The notes under the pieces were generated by a model. It did no database searches. It saw only the letters and a program-made list of their open reading frames with translations, and had not been told where the DNA came from. Position numbers and translations under genes: made by a program. 64,000 nt of DNA from the human T2T-CHM13v2.0 reference genome, Homo sapiens, in NCBI RefSeq assembly GCF_009914755.1, contig NC_060933.1. One strand, 5' to 3'. Shown here in pieces: positions 14,518 through 36,079 of the stretch. Numbering within the stretch: position 1 is the first letter of the stretch; the number at the start of each line of letters is the position of its first letter.

Positions 14518-17500
14518 TAGGCTACACCTTAATCAGTTGTTTCTGGCATCTTATGTAAGGCACGGTTTTCCAGAACTGCTCATATTCAGCTGTGTGCCCA
14601 TTCTTCTGTCTGTTCGCCCCTTCCTCCTTCCCTCCCTTGCACTGTCTAGCAGCTCTGTATCAAGCTGTGGACCCAGTGCCGGGGCGTGCATCCACTTGGA
14701 TTGTGAAAGGAATACATAAAGCTATGTAGGGGATAGACAGGCACTATCTGGCTCGAGTAAGAGGTGGAAAATGATCCAAACCACAAGACAGGTGCTGGTG
14801 AAGGGTGGTGGGAGCTCAAGGTGAGGAGACTGCTCCGCGTGGGAGCCGACGAGGGTTCCTGGAGGAGATGGTCAAATCCCAGAGGGTCTTGGGAATTTAG
14901 ACTTCATCTTATGGAACCTGGGGTGCCATGGAAAGGCACTGATCTGAAAGCAGCGTAACTAGAGCGTTGCCAGGGTGTAGGGTAGATCGGATGGATGGAG
15001 AGAAGGTGGAGGGAGGATAGGGGAGACTGCCGCAGTCACAAACAGGAGATGACAGAGGCATCCAGGGCAGGGTGGAGGCTGGAGAGGAGGATGGGATGGA
15101 TTTGTGAGATGGTGGCCTTGGGCAGACTTGGTGACAACTTATTGTGAAGCAGAGGGAAGGGTCAGAGGCCTGCACGATGGGATGATGGCTTCCATGCCTG
15201 GAGATGCAGGGTTGGGCAGGTTTCAGAGGAAGATTACTTCTCACTCAGGAGAGGAGGGGGCCAGTGGCAGAAAGCAGGTTAGAACTGGTTGAGTCAGAGG
15301 CCACCTCCACCCCTAACACACACACACACACCCAGGGACCTTGCAGAATTCTGACCCAGGCCTTTCTCCCTCATAGTCACGTGCATTTAATTTAACTCCC
15401 CCACCCCAACCGGAAAACCGAGAGCCCCCAGAATAGTATTAATATCTGGCTCTCCTAGGGTCCCTAAAAGAAAATGACTTTTCTGGGTGACCCCGTGCCC
15501 AGTGGTCCTTCAACTCAAGCTCAACCTTGAAGTTCCAGGCCGTCAGCCCAGGGCTGCTGTCTGTGTCTATAGGGCAGGTGGCACTCACAGGGGCTCTGTG
15601 TGCTTCTGTAAAGACCATCATAAGGAATCTGTCCCTGCCCCTTCTGGGCCTCAGTTTCCTCCTCACTGCACAGGAGCCAGTCTCTTTTTCATCTTTAACC
15701 TCAGATACACCCCAGAGCTGCTTGGCATAACAGGCGTTATTGTAAAATCATCACACAGCTGGCACAGTTGAAATTCCAGAAGACGCTTGGCCTAGTGATC
15801 GAAGACTCCCAGATCCTGCTCCCAGCTGTGGTTTCTCTGCTGGGACTTGGTGTGCAGCAAGTGTGGTGGGGAAGAGAAAGGCAATGACCTTGGGCTCAGT
15901 GGAAGCCTCCTGTCCCTAATACTGGTGACACCAATGATTAATCTTCAACTGCATGCCAGGCAAAGAGCTCAGTATTTTCTATGTTACCATATTAGTGACA
16001 GCACTGCCAGGCAGTTATTATCAACTCATTCTATAGATTTACAGAGGTTGAGTACCTTGCCCAAGCTCACACACTGACAGGTAAGCAAGCCAGTGAATTT
16101 GAACTCAGCTCTCTGACTCCCCTACTGTGTCCTGTCCTCTCTCCCACACTGACCACTTGCCCTGACACCCTGCTCCCTGCCAGCCTGAACTCTAGGCCAC
16201 TGGGGACTTCCACACACCCTCTCATCAGCTCTAAGAATATTAGTGTCCCTCCATCCACCTAGCACCAGAGGAAATCAGAGCAGAGAGGCCTTTAGGGACC
16301 AACGAGCCCAGGAGTTTTCTACTGAGTGGGACCCTCAGGCCTCTGCAGGGAGAAGCTGTGTGGGCCAGGCCAACCCCAGCAGTTTCATTTTCATCTGTTG
16401 CTTTTATTGAAGGTTTCCTTCAAAGGAAGGGTTTCCCTGCTTTGAAGATATTATGAAAACCACAGATGTCATCCTTCCTTCACACACAGATGGGAAACCT
16501 GGGGCCCAGAGGGGTAGGGATGTGCCTGAGTGACAGTAGGCAGGCAGGGCTGGAAAATGGCTGCCTCCCCTTCAATTACAACCACTGTCTATGGAGAGGG
16601 ACAGCCTAGGGGAGGCTGATGCTTGGGGGAAGGGGGTGCCTTGTTCCCGTAAGCAATTGAGCAACTCGTCATAGACATCATTCTTGCCATTTGGAAAAGA
16701 GGAAGCAATTCGTAAAGTGGAAAGTGTGGGAGATTTGGAGCAGGGGAGGGGGTAAAGGGAGGGGCATTCTTACACCCGGCTCTAATGTGGGCTCTGTGTG
16801 GTCTTGGACAATGCGCATGCCCCCCACCATCCAAACACCCCAGTTTCCTCATCTGTAATGAAGAGAGGAATCCTGTCCCGCCTTCGCTGTGCTGGAGTGA
16901 GAACCTCATTCATTTGTTCACTCACTCATTCACTTAGCAAATATCCAAGCTCAGAGGGACTGAAAAAGGCCATCAAACGTCAATGTAAAGGCAGGGCAGG
17001 AGGGGACCTGACCCGGAAGGAGCAGGAACAGGTTCTTCTAAAGCCAAAGCCCAAAAGGTTTCTGTCCCTGTCCGATGGTAATAATAATCATTACAGTTGG
17101 CATTTAATACCTGTTCATTATATTCCAGAACAGTTCGAAAGCATTTACATAGATTAATTCATTTAACTCTCACTGCAGCCTTGTGAGGTAGATACTGCTG
17201 TTCTCATTTTATGTATGGGGAAAGGAGGCACAGAGTGTTGAAGCAACGTGTCCAAGATCGCATGGCCAGTAAAAGGCAGTGCGGGGATTTGGCTGTTGAA
17301 ATTCCCGGATCCGGCTTAAAGAGCAGGAGTTACCCAGCTGAAATTCATTCTTTTTTTTTTTTTCCTTAAACTGCCAACTTTTTATTCTTTCTTCCTGATA
17401 AACAAGCAAAACCAGCTTTGCCCCGAAGGCAGAACCGGGCTGCTTTCCAGCCTTTTGCCAAGGGGGCAGGGGTACCTGTTCACAATTCCTGCCCTGGGCC

Positions 17501-17624
17501 CTGACAGTCACTGGCTCTTTCATGAGGAGCCTGGAGAGGGCAGAGTGAGTCAGGCTGGGCTCAGGGAGGCCTCAGGAGAGGAGGAAGATGCTGAGGGAAG
17601 AGCCTGTCTCAGCCAAAAGTTTAA

Positions 17625-18133
<509 letters not shown>

Positions 18134-20284
18134 TGAGAAGCCTTCGTTCTTCTCTTCTCTTCCTTCCTCTCCTTTGTTCACTTCAGAGATCTGAAGTCAG
18201 CTGCCACCCCTGTCTATTTTCTTCTACTGCTTTCCTCAGCTGTCCTTGAGCCTGATCCCCCTCCCAGGCCTCCTCAGTCACCCGCTGCCTCTTTCCATCA
18301 TTCCCTTTGTCGCCTGTGACCCTGAGGAGGGGTGGGGGCTTAGGACAGGGCTTTGCATAGGATCTGGACTAGTTGTGGGAATTTGGGCAGGTAACTTCCC
18401 TTCTCAAGCCTCAGTTTCCTAATTCGAAAAGAAAAAACATGGGTAAGGTCATGGCAGCTCCCACAGAAGATGGCGAGAAATAAGATCATGCGTAGGCCCA
18501 GCACATGGCCAGAGCAGGAGAAAGCAGGCCCGGGATGGGTGAGCCTGCGTCTTCCTCATTCCTCAGGGTTGGCACTCTGAGGCCGTGTGGACTTTCCAGC
18601 CTCAGTTTACCCTCCTACAAAATAAGGACGTCATCCCTGCCCTTCCCCCATCGTAGGGTGGCTGGGAGGGCTCTCCCTGCCTAACTGGGAGATGGACGAC
18701 TTTTCTTTGACTTTTTCTTCCTCCTCTTTATCTGTATTCTTGGGTTTTTCTCGGTGGGGGTAGGGTGTGCTTCTTGCTAGGTGTGGCAGCTACTGATAAC
18801 TTTGCCTCCCTGGGGCAGGCCCTCTCAGAGGAGCCACCTGGGCTAGGACTGGCTGCCTGGTGGGAGGGGACTCCTGGGGCTGCCCAAGGTGTGGTTGTGG
18901 GGCCCTTATGCCTCCCAGCCAGGAGTGGGGAGAGAGGACTCCCCCACCACCGATTACCAGAAAGACCTCCTGGCCCCTTCCAGAGAACCCTGGCTCAGGA
19001 GCCTGGCGTTGGTGGACACAGTGCCTAGCTGCAGCTTCTGGGCATTGAGCTTTGCTTGGACACAGGAACTTTCACTTTTGTTTCTTTTTACTTCCCATAT
19101 TCTGGGAGTGCAGTGACCTAGTTTTTAGCGGCCTTATATGTCCCTCTCTGCCGAGGAGACTTGAGGGCCTCCAGCACTATGGGATCCAGTGCAAACTGAC
19201 TCCAGCACTCAGGCTGCCTTTAAACTGGCTTCCCCTTAGCAAGCCACCTACTCCTCTGTCTCCCCCTCCTCTTCAGAGCCCCAGGATACACGTGGTCCCT
19301 TCATCCTGGCTCTTTCTGTGCTGTTGCCTCCTCCATTCATGCTTCCTGAGCCAGGAACACCTCCTCCAGGGAGTCCTCCTTTCCTGACGCATTTGTGGTC
19401 ACCACTGCACGTGCCACTCAGCCTCATGCATCTCCCGTGGTGTCCCACGAGACCCACCGTGGCCTGTCTGGGACATGGGAGCTAGAAGGGACTTTAGGAT
19501 GGGCCTGGACAACCCTGCCACTCAGATGGGGACCCCCGTCACCTTTGCGGTGTCACCTATACGGGCCCTTTCCCGCACACTCACACTCGTTCTGATCAGC
19601 GTCTCCTGAGAGAAGCTTGTTTGGGAAACTCCTGCACGTCTTGGGTCAGTTGTTCATCTTGTCTCCTCTCACTCCTACCCCAGCAGGACCTTATGGGATC
19701 TCAGGATTGGAAGGGACTTGAAGGTCCTCTGACTCTCAGGCCTGAGTCCCTCCAAGAGGGACTCACCTGCCTGAATTCCTTCAGTGGTAGAGAGCTCACT
19801 ACCTTGTGAGGTAGCTCCTTTTGGTCGCCAGAAAGCTTTGACTAGGAAAGATCTTTCTTAGGCTGAGCTGAAATCTGTCATCCTGCCTTTCTACCCACTG
19901 GCCCCAGCTTTCCCCTCTGGGGCCCCAGAATTCATCAGAGGCCTCCACCGTGTCTTCCAGAGGCTGATCCTCTCCAGGCTGAACATCCCCCATCCTTGTA
20001 CCAATTCCTCATCAGACCCCTCTTCCAGCCTCAACACACCTCAAATCACCACTGCCTCTTGCACAAAACAGGGACCAGGCTGGGGAAGCAGCCCGTGGCC
20101 CAAGAACCCATGGGTTCCTGGAGGCCATGCTACCCAGCTGACCCTTCTTAAACTGGTCAACGAGACCCCCATCTGGGTCCCATGAGTTGCTATGGCCCCT
20201 GGCATTTCCCTGTGAGATATTCTTTAAAAGCCTCTCTGACTCCTTATCCCAAATACCACATTACCATGCTAACCCTGAAATCTT

Positions 20285-20470
20285 TTTGTTTATCATGGTA
20301 AAAATGCATAGCATAAAATGTATTATCTTAACCATTTTTAAGTGTACAGTTCTGTAGTGTTAAGTATATTTACATTGCTATGCAACAGAGCTCCACAACT
20401 TTTTCATGTTGCAAAACTGAAACTCTATACATGTTAAACAACACCTCTGCCTTTTCTCCTCTCCACTGTA
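20285..20470 (-). mobile_element. L1M 3'-end fragment
   Basis: ttaaccatttttaagtgtacagttctgtagtgttaagtatatttacattg is typical antisense L1MA/MB 3'UTR sequence. Confidence 0.7.
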
Positions 20471-21547
20471 GACCTGAAATCTTTGTTTTTCCTATTGACA
20501 AGGGCTTGGTCCGTCTGTTGGCCAGGAAGTCCCGATACTTCAGGTTGTAGCTCCGCCCTCTGCCTTAATGCCTGTCCCCATGATCAGTTTCCACCTCCAT
20601 GTCTCCCCACCTCTGCCTGTCAACCAAAACCTCACAAATCCTGGGGTTCAGAGCCCCCATATCCCTGCCCTGCCCACATTACTCTGACTGGACCTCACTG
20701 GACAGCCTCACTGAGCCCAAGTTCTAGAGCTTGCGCCGCGTACTCTTTGTCTAAGCGTCTACTTCCTCCTTCTCAGAAGGCCCACGGACAGCTCCACCAT
20801 GCAGGTGTGACCTGCAGTTACCTTCACCTTCTGGGTCTGTAGCTCCCGGGTCTGCAGCCCCCAAACCCCGCAAAGGCAAGCCCTGGGTCTTCTTTCCCTC
20901 ACGTCTCCTCAGAAATTCCATGGGATTTGACTTGGCCCAGGAGACATGGGAGATCTGGCTATGAGAAAAGGGACTAGGACTCCCTGTTGCATCATCTCCT
21001 CAGTCTCGGGTGAAAGGCAGCAGAGTAGAAGAAAGGCACCAGTGAAGGTGAGCTGGGGCAGAGGAAGAGAGTGGCACTTCCTTTATGGTTCACACCCTTC
21101 CTGCCACTACCCACAGCCAGTCTTTGAGGGACAAGCCTGTGGCCTGATGGGACCAATTCAGCATAAGGGCCCTCTGTGGCCCTCACTCAGAACTCATCCA
21201 ACTCACCCCCATTTCCAGAGAAAGGAACTCCCAGATTCCTGAGTATGGTGCTCAGTGTCTTCATCATAGCCTGGCTGGCTAGCCCCTGTTCAGATATTTC
21301 TGGGGCCTCATATTGGGAGTTGCCTCCTTCCTGATCCCATGTTAGGTTAATCTCCAAGTTCCTTTTGCACCTGTGCTTACCTGCATCTTGGCACCTATCA
21401 CATGGCTAGTGTCTGTTTACAAGGCTGCCTCCCTTCCGTATGGGAGCTCTTTGAGAGCAACACATGGCTGACTTGTCTCTGGACCCTTAGCACACAATAT
21501 GGGACATGGCACAGGGGAAGCACTCAGAGAGCAGATGAACAGTTAAA

Positions 21548-21825
21548 TGGAGGATAGATGGATGGACCTTGGATGAATGGTAGATGTATGGATGAATGAT
21601 GCTGGATGGATGAGTAATGTTAGATGGATGACAATGTTGCATGGATAGATGTATGGAAGATATTAGGTGGATGGGTGGGTAGATGGAGGGAGGATGTTGG
21701 ATGGATGGATGGAGGATGTTGGATGGATGTATAGATGATGTTGGATGAATGGTGGATGGACAGATGAATGGAAGATGTTGGATGGATGGATGGTTCGAGG
21801 ATGTTGGATGGATGGATGGATGGGG
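21548..21825. repeat. Degenerate (GGAT)n tetranucleotide repeat
   Basis: Many ggatggat units with interruptions. Confidence 0.9.
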
Positions 21826-22058
21826 ATCATTTCAGATCCAAATTGGTATGGCTTCTGTTCACTATTGATCTTGCTTGCTTTTGGCTTCACCTACTTATTC
21901 TCTCCCTAACCACAGCCTCCTTGACTTTGCCCTTTCTGAGATCATGACCTAATTGGGCATGGGCTTCACCTTTTCCCCCACTGCAGCCCTGGGCCTGCTG
22001 ATCATACCACTCACCCTCCCACCAACTCCACTTTCTTTGCTACACTCTTCTCCTATTC

Positions 22059-23005
22059 TGCATCTTAGTCCATTTTCTGCTGCTATAAATTACACTGGGT
22101 AATTTATTAAAAAACAGTTTATTTGGCTCACGGTTCTGGAGGCTGGGAAGTCCAAGAGCATGGCATTGGCATCTGGCGAGGCCCTCATGCTGCATTATCC
22201 CATGGAAGAGCAGAAGGGCAAGTAAGCACTCAAGACGGGGAGAAGATCAGCCCAAACTCATACTTTTACCAGGAGCCCAGTCCTGTGATAATGCCCTCTA
22301 ATCACCTCTTAAAGATCTCACTCCTCCGCATGGTTACATTGACAATTAAATTTTAGCATGAGTTTTGGAGGGGACGTTCAAACCAAAGCATTCTGCCCCT
22401 GGCTCCCCAAAACTCATGTCTTCCCCACTTACAAAATATATTCACTCCATCCCAATAGCCCCAAGTCTTAACTTGTTCCAGCACCAACTCAAAGTCCAAA
22501 GTCTCATCTAAATTAGATACAGGTGAGAGTCAAGGCACAATTCCCCCAGAGACATATTCCTTCCAGCTGTGAGCCTGTGAAATCAAAAGAAGTTATCTAT
22601 TCCAAAATACATTGGTGGGACAGGCATAGGATAGATACTCTCATTCCAAAAGGGAGAAATAGGAAAGAAAGTAACCAGTCCCAAGTAAGTGCACAACCCA
22701 GTAGGGAAAACATTCAATCTTAAGGCTGGAGAATAATCCTCTTTGATTCCCTCTCCTGCCTCCTGGGCATGCTGAGTGGGAGTTGGACCCCAGGGCCTCA
22801 GGCAGCCCCACCCCCATGGCTTAGGGCTGTCCGGCTTCAGCTCTCGGGTGGAAGCCTCGTGCTTGCAGCCTTCCCAGGCGGGCGTTACATGCCGGTAGCT
22901 CCACAGTTCTGGGGTCTTGGGGCGGCTGCACTTCTACAGCTCCATTAGGCACCGTCCTAGTGGGGACTCTGCGGTGGCTCTGCCCCTGCAGTAGGTTTCT
23001 GTGTG
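22059..23005 (-). mobile_element. MST-type MaLR 3' LTR (22059-22390) plus adjoining internal sequence
   Basis: LTR ends tcttagtccatttt and tcaaaccaaagca; adjacent ttctgcccctgg is the polypurine tract on the minus strand. Confidence 0.75.
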
Positions 23006-23009
23006 GGTC

Positions 23010-23185
23010 CCCAGGTTGTCTGATTAGATGGCACCCACCCACGTTGAGAGTAGATCTTCCCCACTCAGACTCACACACCAGTCTCCTCTGGAAACACTCT
23101 CACAGACACACCCCAAAATAATGCTTTACCAATTCTTGAGGTATTTCTTAATTCAGTCAAGTCAGCACCTAAAACTCGCCCTCAC
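23010..23185 (-). mobile_element. MLT2 (ERVL) LTR fragment
   Basis: tgattagatggcacccaccc...ctctggaaacactctcacagacacacccc...aataatgctttacc. Confidence 0.65.
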
Positions 23186-23733
23186 ACTCTGCTTCCCCAG
23201 GGCTGTCCTTCCCTCGTCTCTTTGTCTGTCTCTCTGTCTCCTTGGCTTCACCCACCCAGCATAGGTGCCCTCCTCCCCAGCCAGGAGGCCTCTTTCTGGA
23301 CTCCCAGCTCTGGCCCATTCCAGTCCCCTCTGCTCTCCCTAGGTCCAGCCTGAGATACCCGGTCTCCTTCAGATATTTTACTTCCAAAGTCCTATTGCTG
23401 ACTGTCCAGGTCCCCAAATCTGCTCTGTGTTTCTGTGCATCCTCCACTCAGCAGCCAGCAAGGTCTTTGAGAAACACATGGAGCTCACTGCCCTGCTCCC
23501 TTTCAGTGGCTTCCCATTGCCTTGGATAAAGACCCAAATGCCTAACAGGGCCCATAAGGCCCCACATGATCCACGGGCTTTAGATGTGCAGAGATGTGGA
23601 GCGCGATGCCAGGTAGGGTGAGCAGTGGCGTGGAGCAGGGCCACTTGGCTGGGGTGCCAGGTGTTGGAGGGGAGCAGCAGCCTGTCCACATGGCCTAAGG
23701 TTTGAGCTGGGTGTTGCTTTCAGCATGCCATTA

Positions 23734-24423
<690 letters not shown>

Positions 24424-24552
24424 TCATGCAAGAGTGGTGCTCCTCTGTGAGCCCGGGGCAGGGAAGGAAGCTCAGCCACACTAGCTTGGGGCACATACTT
24501 TGGGGGTTCCCTGAACTGCACCTGCTCTGAGGAGGCGCTGTGAACTCTGCAG

Positions 24553-24656
24553 GTATTCTGAGGCCCTGGCCAGCACGAGGATCCTCAAGCACAGCCCGGA
24601 GTCCAGCCGTGGCCAGTGTGGGGAGAACCTTGCATGGGCATCCTATGATCAGACAG
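24553..24656 (+). CDS. GLIPR2: GLIPR2 exon 3 ([35 protein letters not shown])
   Basis: tgcag| acceptor, |gtggg donor; 104 nt; His54 and Glu65, GENLA motif. Confidence 0.97.
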
Positions 24657-25570
24657 GTGGGTCGCATTTTCAGCTCCTCTCCTCTCTGCGGGAGCTGGAA
24701 GAAGGACAAGTCCTCCTGAAATGCCTCCTGGCCCCAGCACCCTCGTGGTGTAGCCACAGGCCCAGGAAAGGAAAGAAAAACCAGAGCTCTCTGAATCTGC
24801 TCCCAGGCTGACTTCAGTTCACCACAAGGTCTCTGATGGCTGGCTCAGTGCCAGGCCTGTGCTGGGTGCCAGGGACACAGAGATGAGTCAGACTGACCAG
24901 GCCCCCACTTTCGGAGAAGCTCCCAGGCCGAGGAGTGGGGGTTGGGGAGACAGACCGCTTTTGTACAGAATCTCAGCCTGATTCTGTGTCCACCAGAGCA
25001 TCCCCAGCTACTGAGAAATGTTATTTTCTTCCCGAGAAATTTTACTTTCTTACCGTACTGGTGATACACTACCAGTAGTGCAGGTGTATTACTTTTATAA
25101 TAGGAGAAAAGCAATAGAGCTTTTTCCATTTTGGAAAAAAAAATAATAATGGAAAAGACAATGTCTCCATGCAAGGTCTCGATCTGGAATGATCCCACCA
25201 TGCTGCCCAGACATTCTTGAGCTTCCTGGCCCTCTGGCCCTGACAGCCCTGATGTGGCTTTTTAGGAAGAATATTGGAGAGCTGTCTGGATCTCTGAAGC
25301 TTTCTCCAAACACCAGTGGGAGAATGACTCACTCCCTCCCCAGCCTCACATTCCTGGGAGATCCCCCAAGTCCTCTTGGTTTCCCCAGCACAGCCTAAGC
25401 CAGGGCTCCTGTGCAACGTGGTCCTTGGCACCCCCACTGGGAGGCATGTGTGAACTCCTGGGGAACCCCCTACCCACCCCTCCCTCCAAGGCCTTGCCCT
25501 CACCCTGCAGGCTCCTTCCCAAGTCCAGGCTGTGGCCCTCGATGGGCCCCGGGAGAAGGGCATAGGTTCA

Positions 25571-26285
<715 letters not shown>

Positions 26286-26877
26286 CTCTGAGGTCCCCGC
26301 TCCTGGCTCTGGCCCGGAGAGCAGCAGCTCCCAGGGAAACGCCTGCCCATATCAACACCTGTGGGGACAGTGGATGCCCCAGGTGAGGTCCCTCCTGCCC
26401 ACAGTGGAGATCCGTGGCTTACCAGCCTGATTGTCTTTCCAAATATGGATGTTTCAAGAGCTGCAAATGGGGTGAGATGACAGTATAGTCTCCTAGAAAC
26501 TCGGAGCATCATCAGAAGGCCCTTGCAGTACATTGCATTCAACCTTTTCATTGTACAGAGGCCCAGAGAGGGAAGGCTTTGCCCAGGATTACACAGCAAG
26601 TCAGTGTGTATGGGTTGTGGGGGATAGGTGCAGATTCCCTGACCCCAGGCCAGTGCTCTTCCCAGCCCCCCAGAAGGCCCACTCTTCAGCCTGGCCATGC
26701 TCATGGGCAGGAGTCCCTGAGTCTGCAAAGCAGCGTCCAGGATGTGTCAGCTGACTGGGGCTTTCTCAGATGTCTAATTGCCGCATTGGTGGCTTGGGGC
26801 TGATGGGAGAAAATGCAGGGAATAGGGAGTGGGTGGATTTTGTGGCTGAGTTTTAGAACAATGTCATTTCCACACAG

Positions 26878-26955
26878 GAAAGGAGGTGGCTGATAGATGG
26901 TACAGTGAAATCAAGAACTATAACTTCCAGCAGCCTGGCTTCACCTCGGGGACTG
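26878..26955 (+). CDS. GLIPR2: GLIPR2 exon 4 ([26 protein letters not shown])
   Basis: cacag| acceptor, |gtgagt donor; 78 nt; WYxE motif (Glu86). Confidence 0.97.
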
Positions 26956-28385
26956 GTGAGTGGCAGGGTCTCACCAGTGGCCTGGCCCTGGGCAGCAATG
27001 CAGGTTGGGTGTCTGACTTCAGGGAGGAACCAGCCCTCTAAAAAAATCAATCCTTTCCTTCCTGTTTAATCTCTTCCATATTTCTCTGGCTTGACCTTGA
27101 CCACAGACCAAAGCTCTCCTTTCCGCATTACATCCCCAGCTTCCCCATGCTACATGCTCTGCTCCCTCTGAGAGCCACCAGCTGGTGAATCCTGCCCCAC
27201 CAGCTCAGAGCTCTTCCCATTCATGGAGTGTGTCATAGGAGACTGGATTTCCAAAGCTGCATGGAGCTTCATTCCTGAACTGGTCACCCTGTGTCTAGTC
27301 TTGTTTTCTGCAATCCATCCTGCTCTCCAGCAGCCTCAATACTTCTAAAATTGTCCCTGCCCCTGGTGCTCTCCTGATCCAACTGCCATGGCTCCCTGGG
27401 GCCATCAGGAGAAGGCTCAAGCTGCTGGCACTCCTCCTTCCACACCCCACACCCTTCCCCACCCTTGCGGCCTCCCTGGCTTTCTCCCTTCCCCTTTCTG
27501 CACTAGTTTGCAGTTCAGGAGCTTGGGGTGCAGAGAACCTGGATCTAGTCTTAGCTCTGGCACCCTTTGCTGTGTGGACTTGAGTCAATTCCTGTCCCCT
27601 CTTCCCAGGGGAGAGGGAGAAGGTGGCTTCTAAGGGATATCCTGAGAGCCGGTGACTCAAGTGCAGGGAGGAACCTTCTGTGGGTCCATGTTCCCTTCTC
27701 AAAGGCTTCCCTTGACGAAAGCTCCGGGTGGCCACCCTGTGCCCCGGGGTCCCTCTGGGCAGCCGCCCTGTGCCCTGGGCTCCCCCTGCCTTTTGCTGGG
27801 CTCACCAGGCTCCTTGTCTTTCCTCAAAACCGACTCAGGCGTCTGGGGCCCAGGATGGTGTTAGAAGTGGGTGGGAGTTTCTCTGACCAGAAGGTGCCAG
27901 GAAAACAGAAAAAGGGACTCTCTGCCCACCTCGTTCCTCCTACCCCACCTGTTCCACCCACAAGTAGAGCCTTGCGGCCTTCCACCCTCTAGAGGGGTGC
28001 TCCAGAAGCAGGAAGTGACACGTTCTCAGCGCCAGTCACCGTTTCCTGTGGTTTGCTGCCCGCCCTTCTGGGTGGGGGTTTCTGCAACCATGTTGCATTG
28101 CATTGTTCCTGGGACTCTGGGGCAGAGGCAGAAGCATCTGCTGAGGCATTCCTCCTCTCCACTAACCCCTGCAGGACTCCAGGCTGGGCTGGCAGGGCTT
28201 TGAGTGTGAATAGGTGATTCTGGGGCAAGGATACCTAAGGGTGTGGGGAGGGAGCAGTAACAAGCTCCTGCTATTGATTAAGGATGTGTAGGCAGGACCT
28301 TGTCTTCTTTTAATAGAGATGGTGTCCAGAAGACTTCTTATTTCATAGCTTCTGGATTTGCTTTTCCCATGAGCAAGATTCTTCA

Positions 28386-30018
<1,633 letters not shown>

Positions 30019-30039
30019 TCACCGCTGTGTGCTGAGTGA

Positions 30040-30228
<189 letters not shown>

Positions 30229-31306
30229 TGAATAATATTTTTATATGATATGAACACTGAGAGCTATCGAAGGTGAAAAGTTTTCTTTCCAGCCCTGACC
30301 CCTAGCACTTTCCTGCCCAAGAGACAACGAGAGATACCAATTTCCTGTGAATCATTCCGGAGTTGTCCTGTGCTTACACCAGCATGTGTGTATAAATGTT
30401 CTCTTTTCCCTTTTCCGCACGCTGGTGTCAGAGCGTATGACCTGTTTTATGCTTGTCAGAGATTGTGCCACAGCATACAAATAGTGCTCGCTCATTCTTT
30501 CTTACCTCTGCACATTATTCCCTTGCGAGGATATACTGTGACATATTTGGTGTGTTTTTCAAAGATATATTCTAGGGAGTTTGATTCACAGCAGGAAAGA
30601 GGATGTCATCCCTTTAGGAAAAAGAAAAAGGAACCTTCGTTAGTGGACTAGAGTTAGAAACCAGTGTGTATTTGATGGTTGCTAAGGAAGTTGTGTCATT
30701 TAATTCATCTCTGAATACCCATAGCTTAATTCCCTCTGTGCAGACAGAAACCTCCCCCGCGAGAAGAAAGATTGCTCAGCCTCATCAGCTTGGAAAAGGC
30801 TGCCACAGGCACTCGTGCTGCTCATGTGCACTTTGTGTCTAATTATTTTCTTGGCAACCAGTGGATAAATGGCAGCTTCTTCCTTTTCTGGGAGACAGAG
30901 AGTGGGAGGGTCGATGGCCCAAGCATGTGGTCTCCTGTGAGAGCAGGCTAGTGTGAGAAAGGACTTGAGCCTTTGGAAACGGCCTGTAGAAGTAGGGACA
31001 CCAGGCTGCCGAGAGCCTGGAGCTGTGACCCAAACGTATTAAGAACCAAGGGCAAATAGGCAAACAGTCTTTATCCTCTATTCTGGGTGGAAACCAGAGT
31101 TTATTAAACAGCAGTTAATACAAGTTTAAAGTTAGTGGCAAATATGCATAATTGTACTTAGGGTTTGTTTTCTTTTCATTCTTGCTTCAATTGTATCATG
31201 TCAACTATATGGATTCGTTTTTATATTTGATTATTTTCATAAACAATTTAGTAACTTTCAGTCCTCTGTCAATGTAGACAAAGAAATAAATTATAGCTAA
31301 GTTTTA

Positions 31307-31609
<303 letters not shown>

Positions 31610-31798
31610 GTTTTAAATGGAGTTTAACTACAGGAGAAAAAATAGAATTTAATCTACAAACATTTATTTCAGTCCTTACCATACACAGGATGCAATGGGA
31701 AGGACCGACTTTGTCTCTTCCCTAAAGAACTAGAAGAGTGTGTACACCAGTCTCTTCCTCTCTCTCCTACTTTCTTTTTTTAATTTTTTAGTAAAATA

Positions 31799-34420
<2,622 letters not shown>

Positions 34421-34789
34421 GGTTGCCCTTTTTTCTTTCTTAACCACCCTATGGGAATCTTAGATACTCTGATCATGACTTTCCTCCTCCCTCCCTCCGT
34501 TTCTTCCTTTCCTCATCAAATGTTTATTGAGCATCTACTATGTGCCAGGCCCAGTGCTAAACACTAGGTATATGGTGATCAATAAAACAGATGTGGCACG
34601 TGCCCTCACATAGCTTGCCCAATCATAAGCCAGATATTTAGGAGGGAACAATCTCTTCAGTGTTGCTTTAGCAAATGAATGCCATCCTGTGACACAGAAA
34701 ATAAATGTCTCATTGATCTCTGTAAATGCTAAACCATAAAGATGGAAGGGATGAACATCTGCCTCTACTCCCCAAGAAATAAGAATTTA

Positions 34790-35990
<1,201 letters not shown>

Positions 35991-36079
35991 AAGGGTGTTT
36001 GCAAACGACTTCTTTGAACAAATGATATTTAGGCTAAGACCAAGGGACAAGAAGCTGTTGGTCATCAGAAGGGTGTCTT

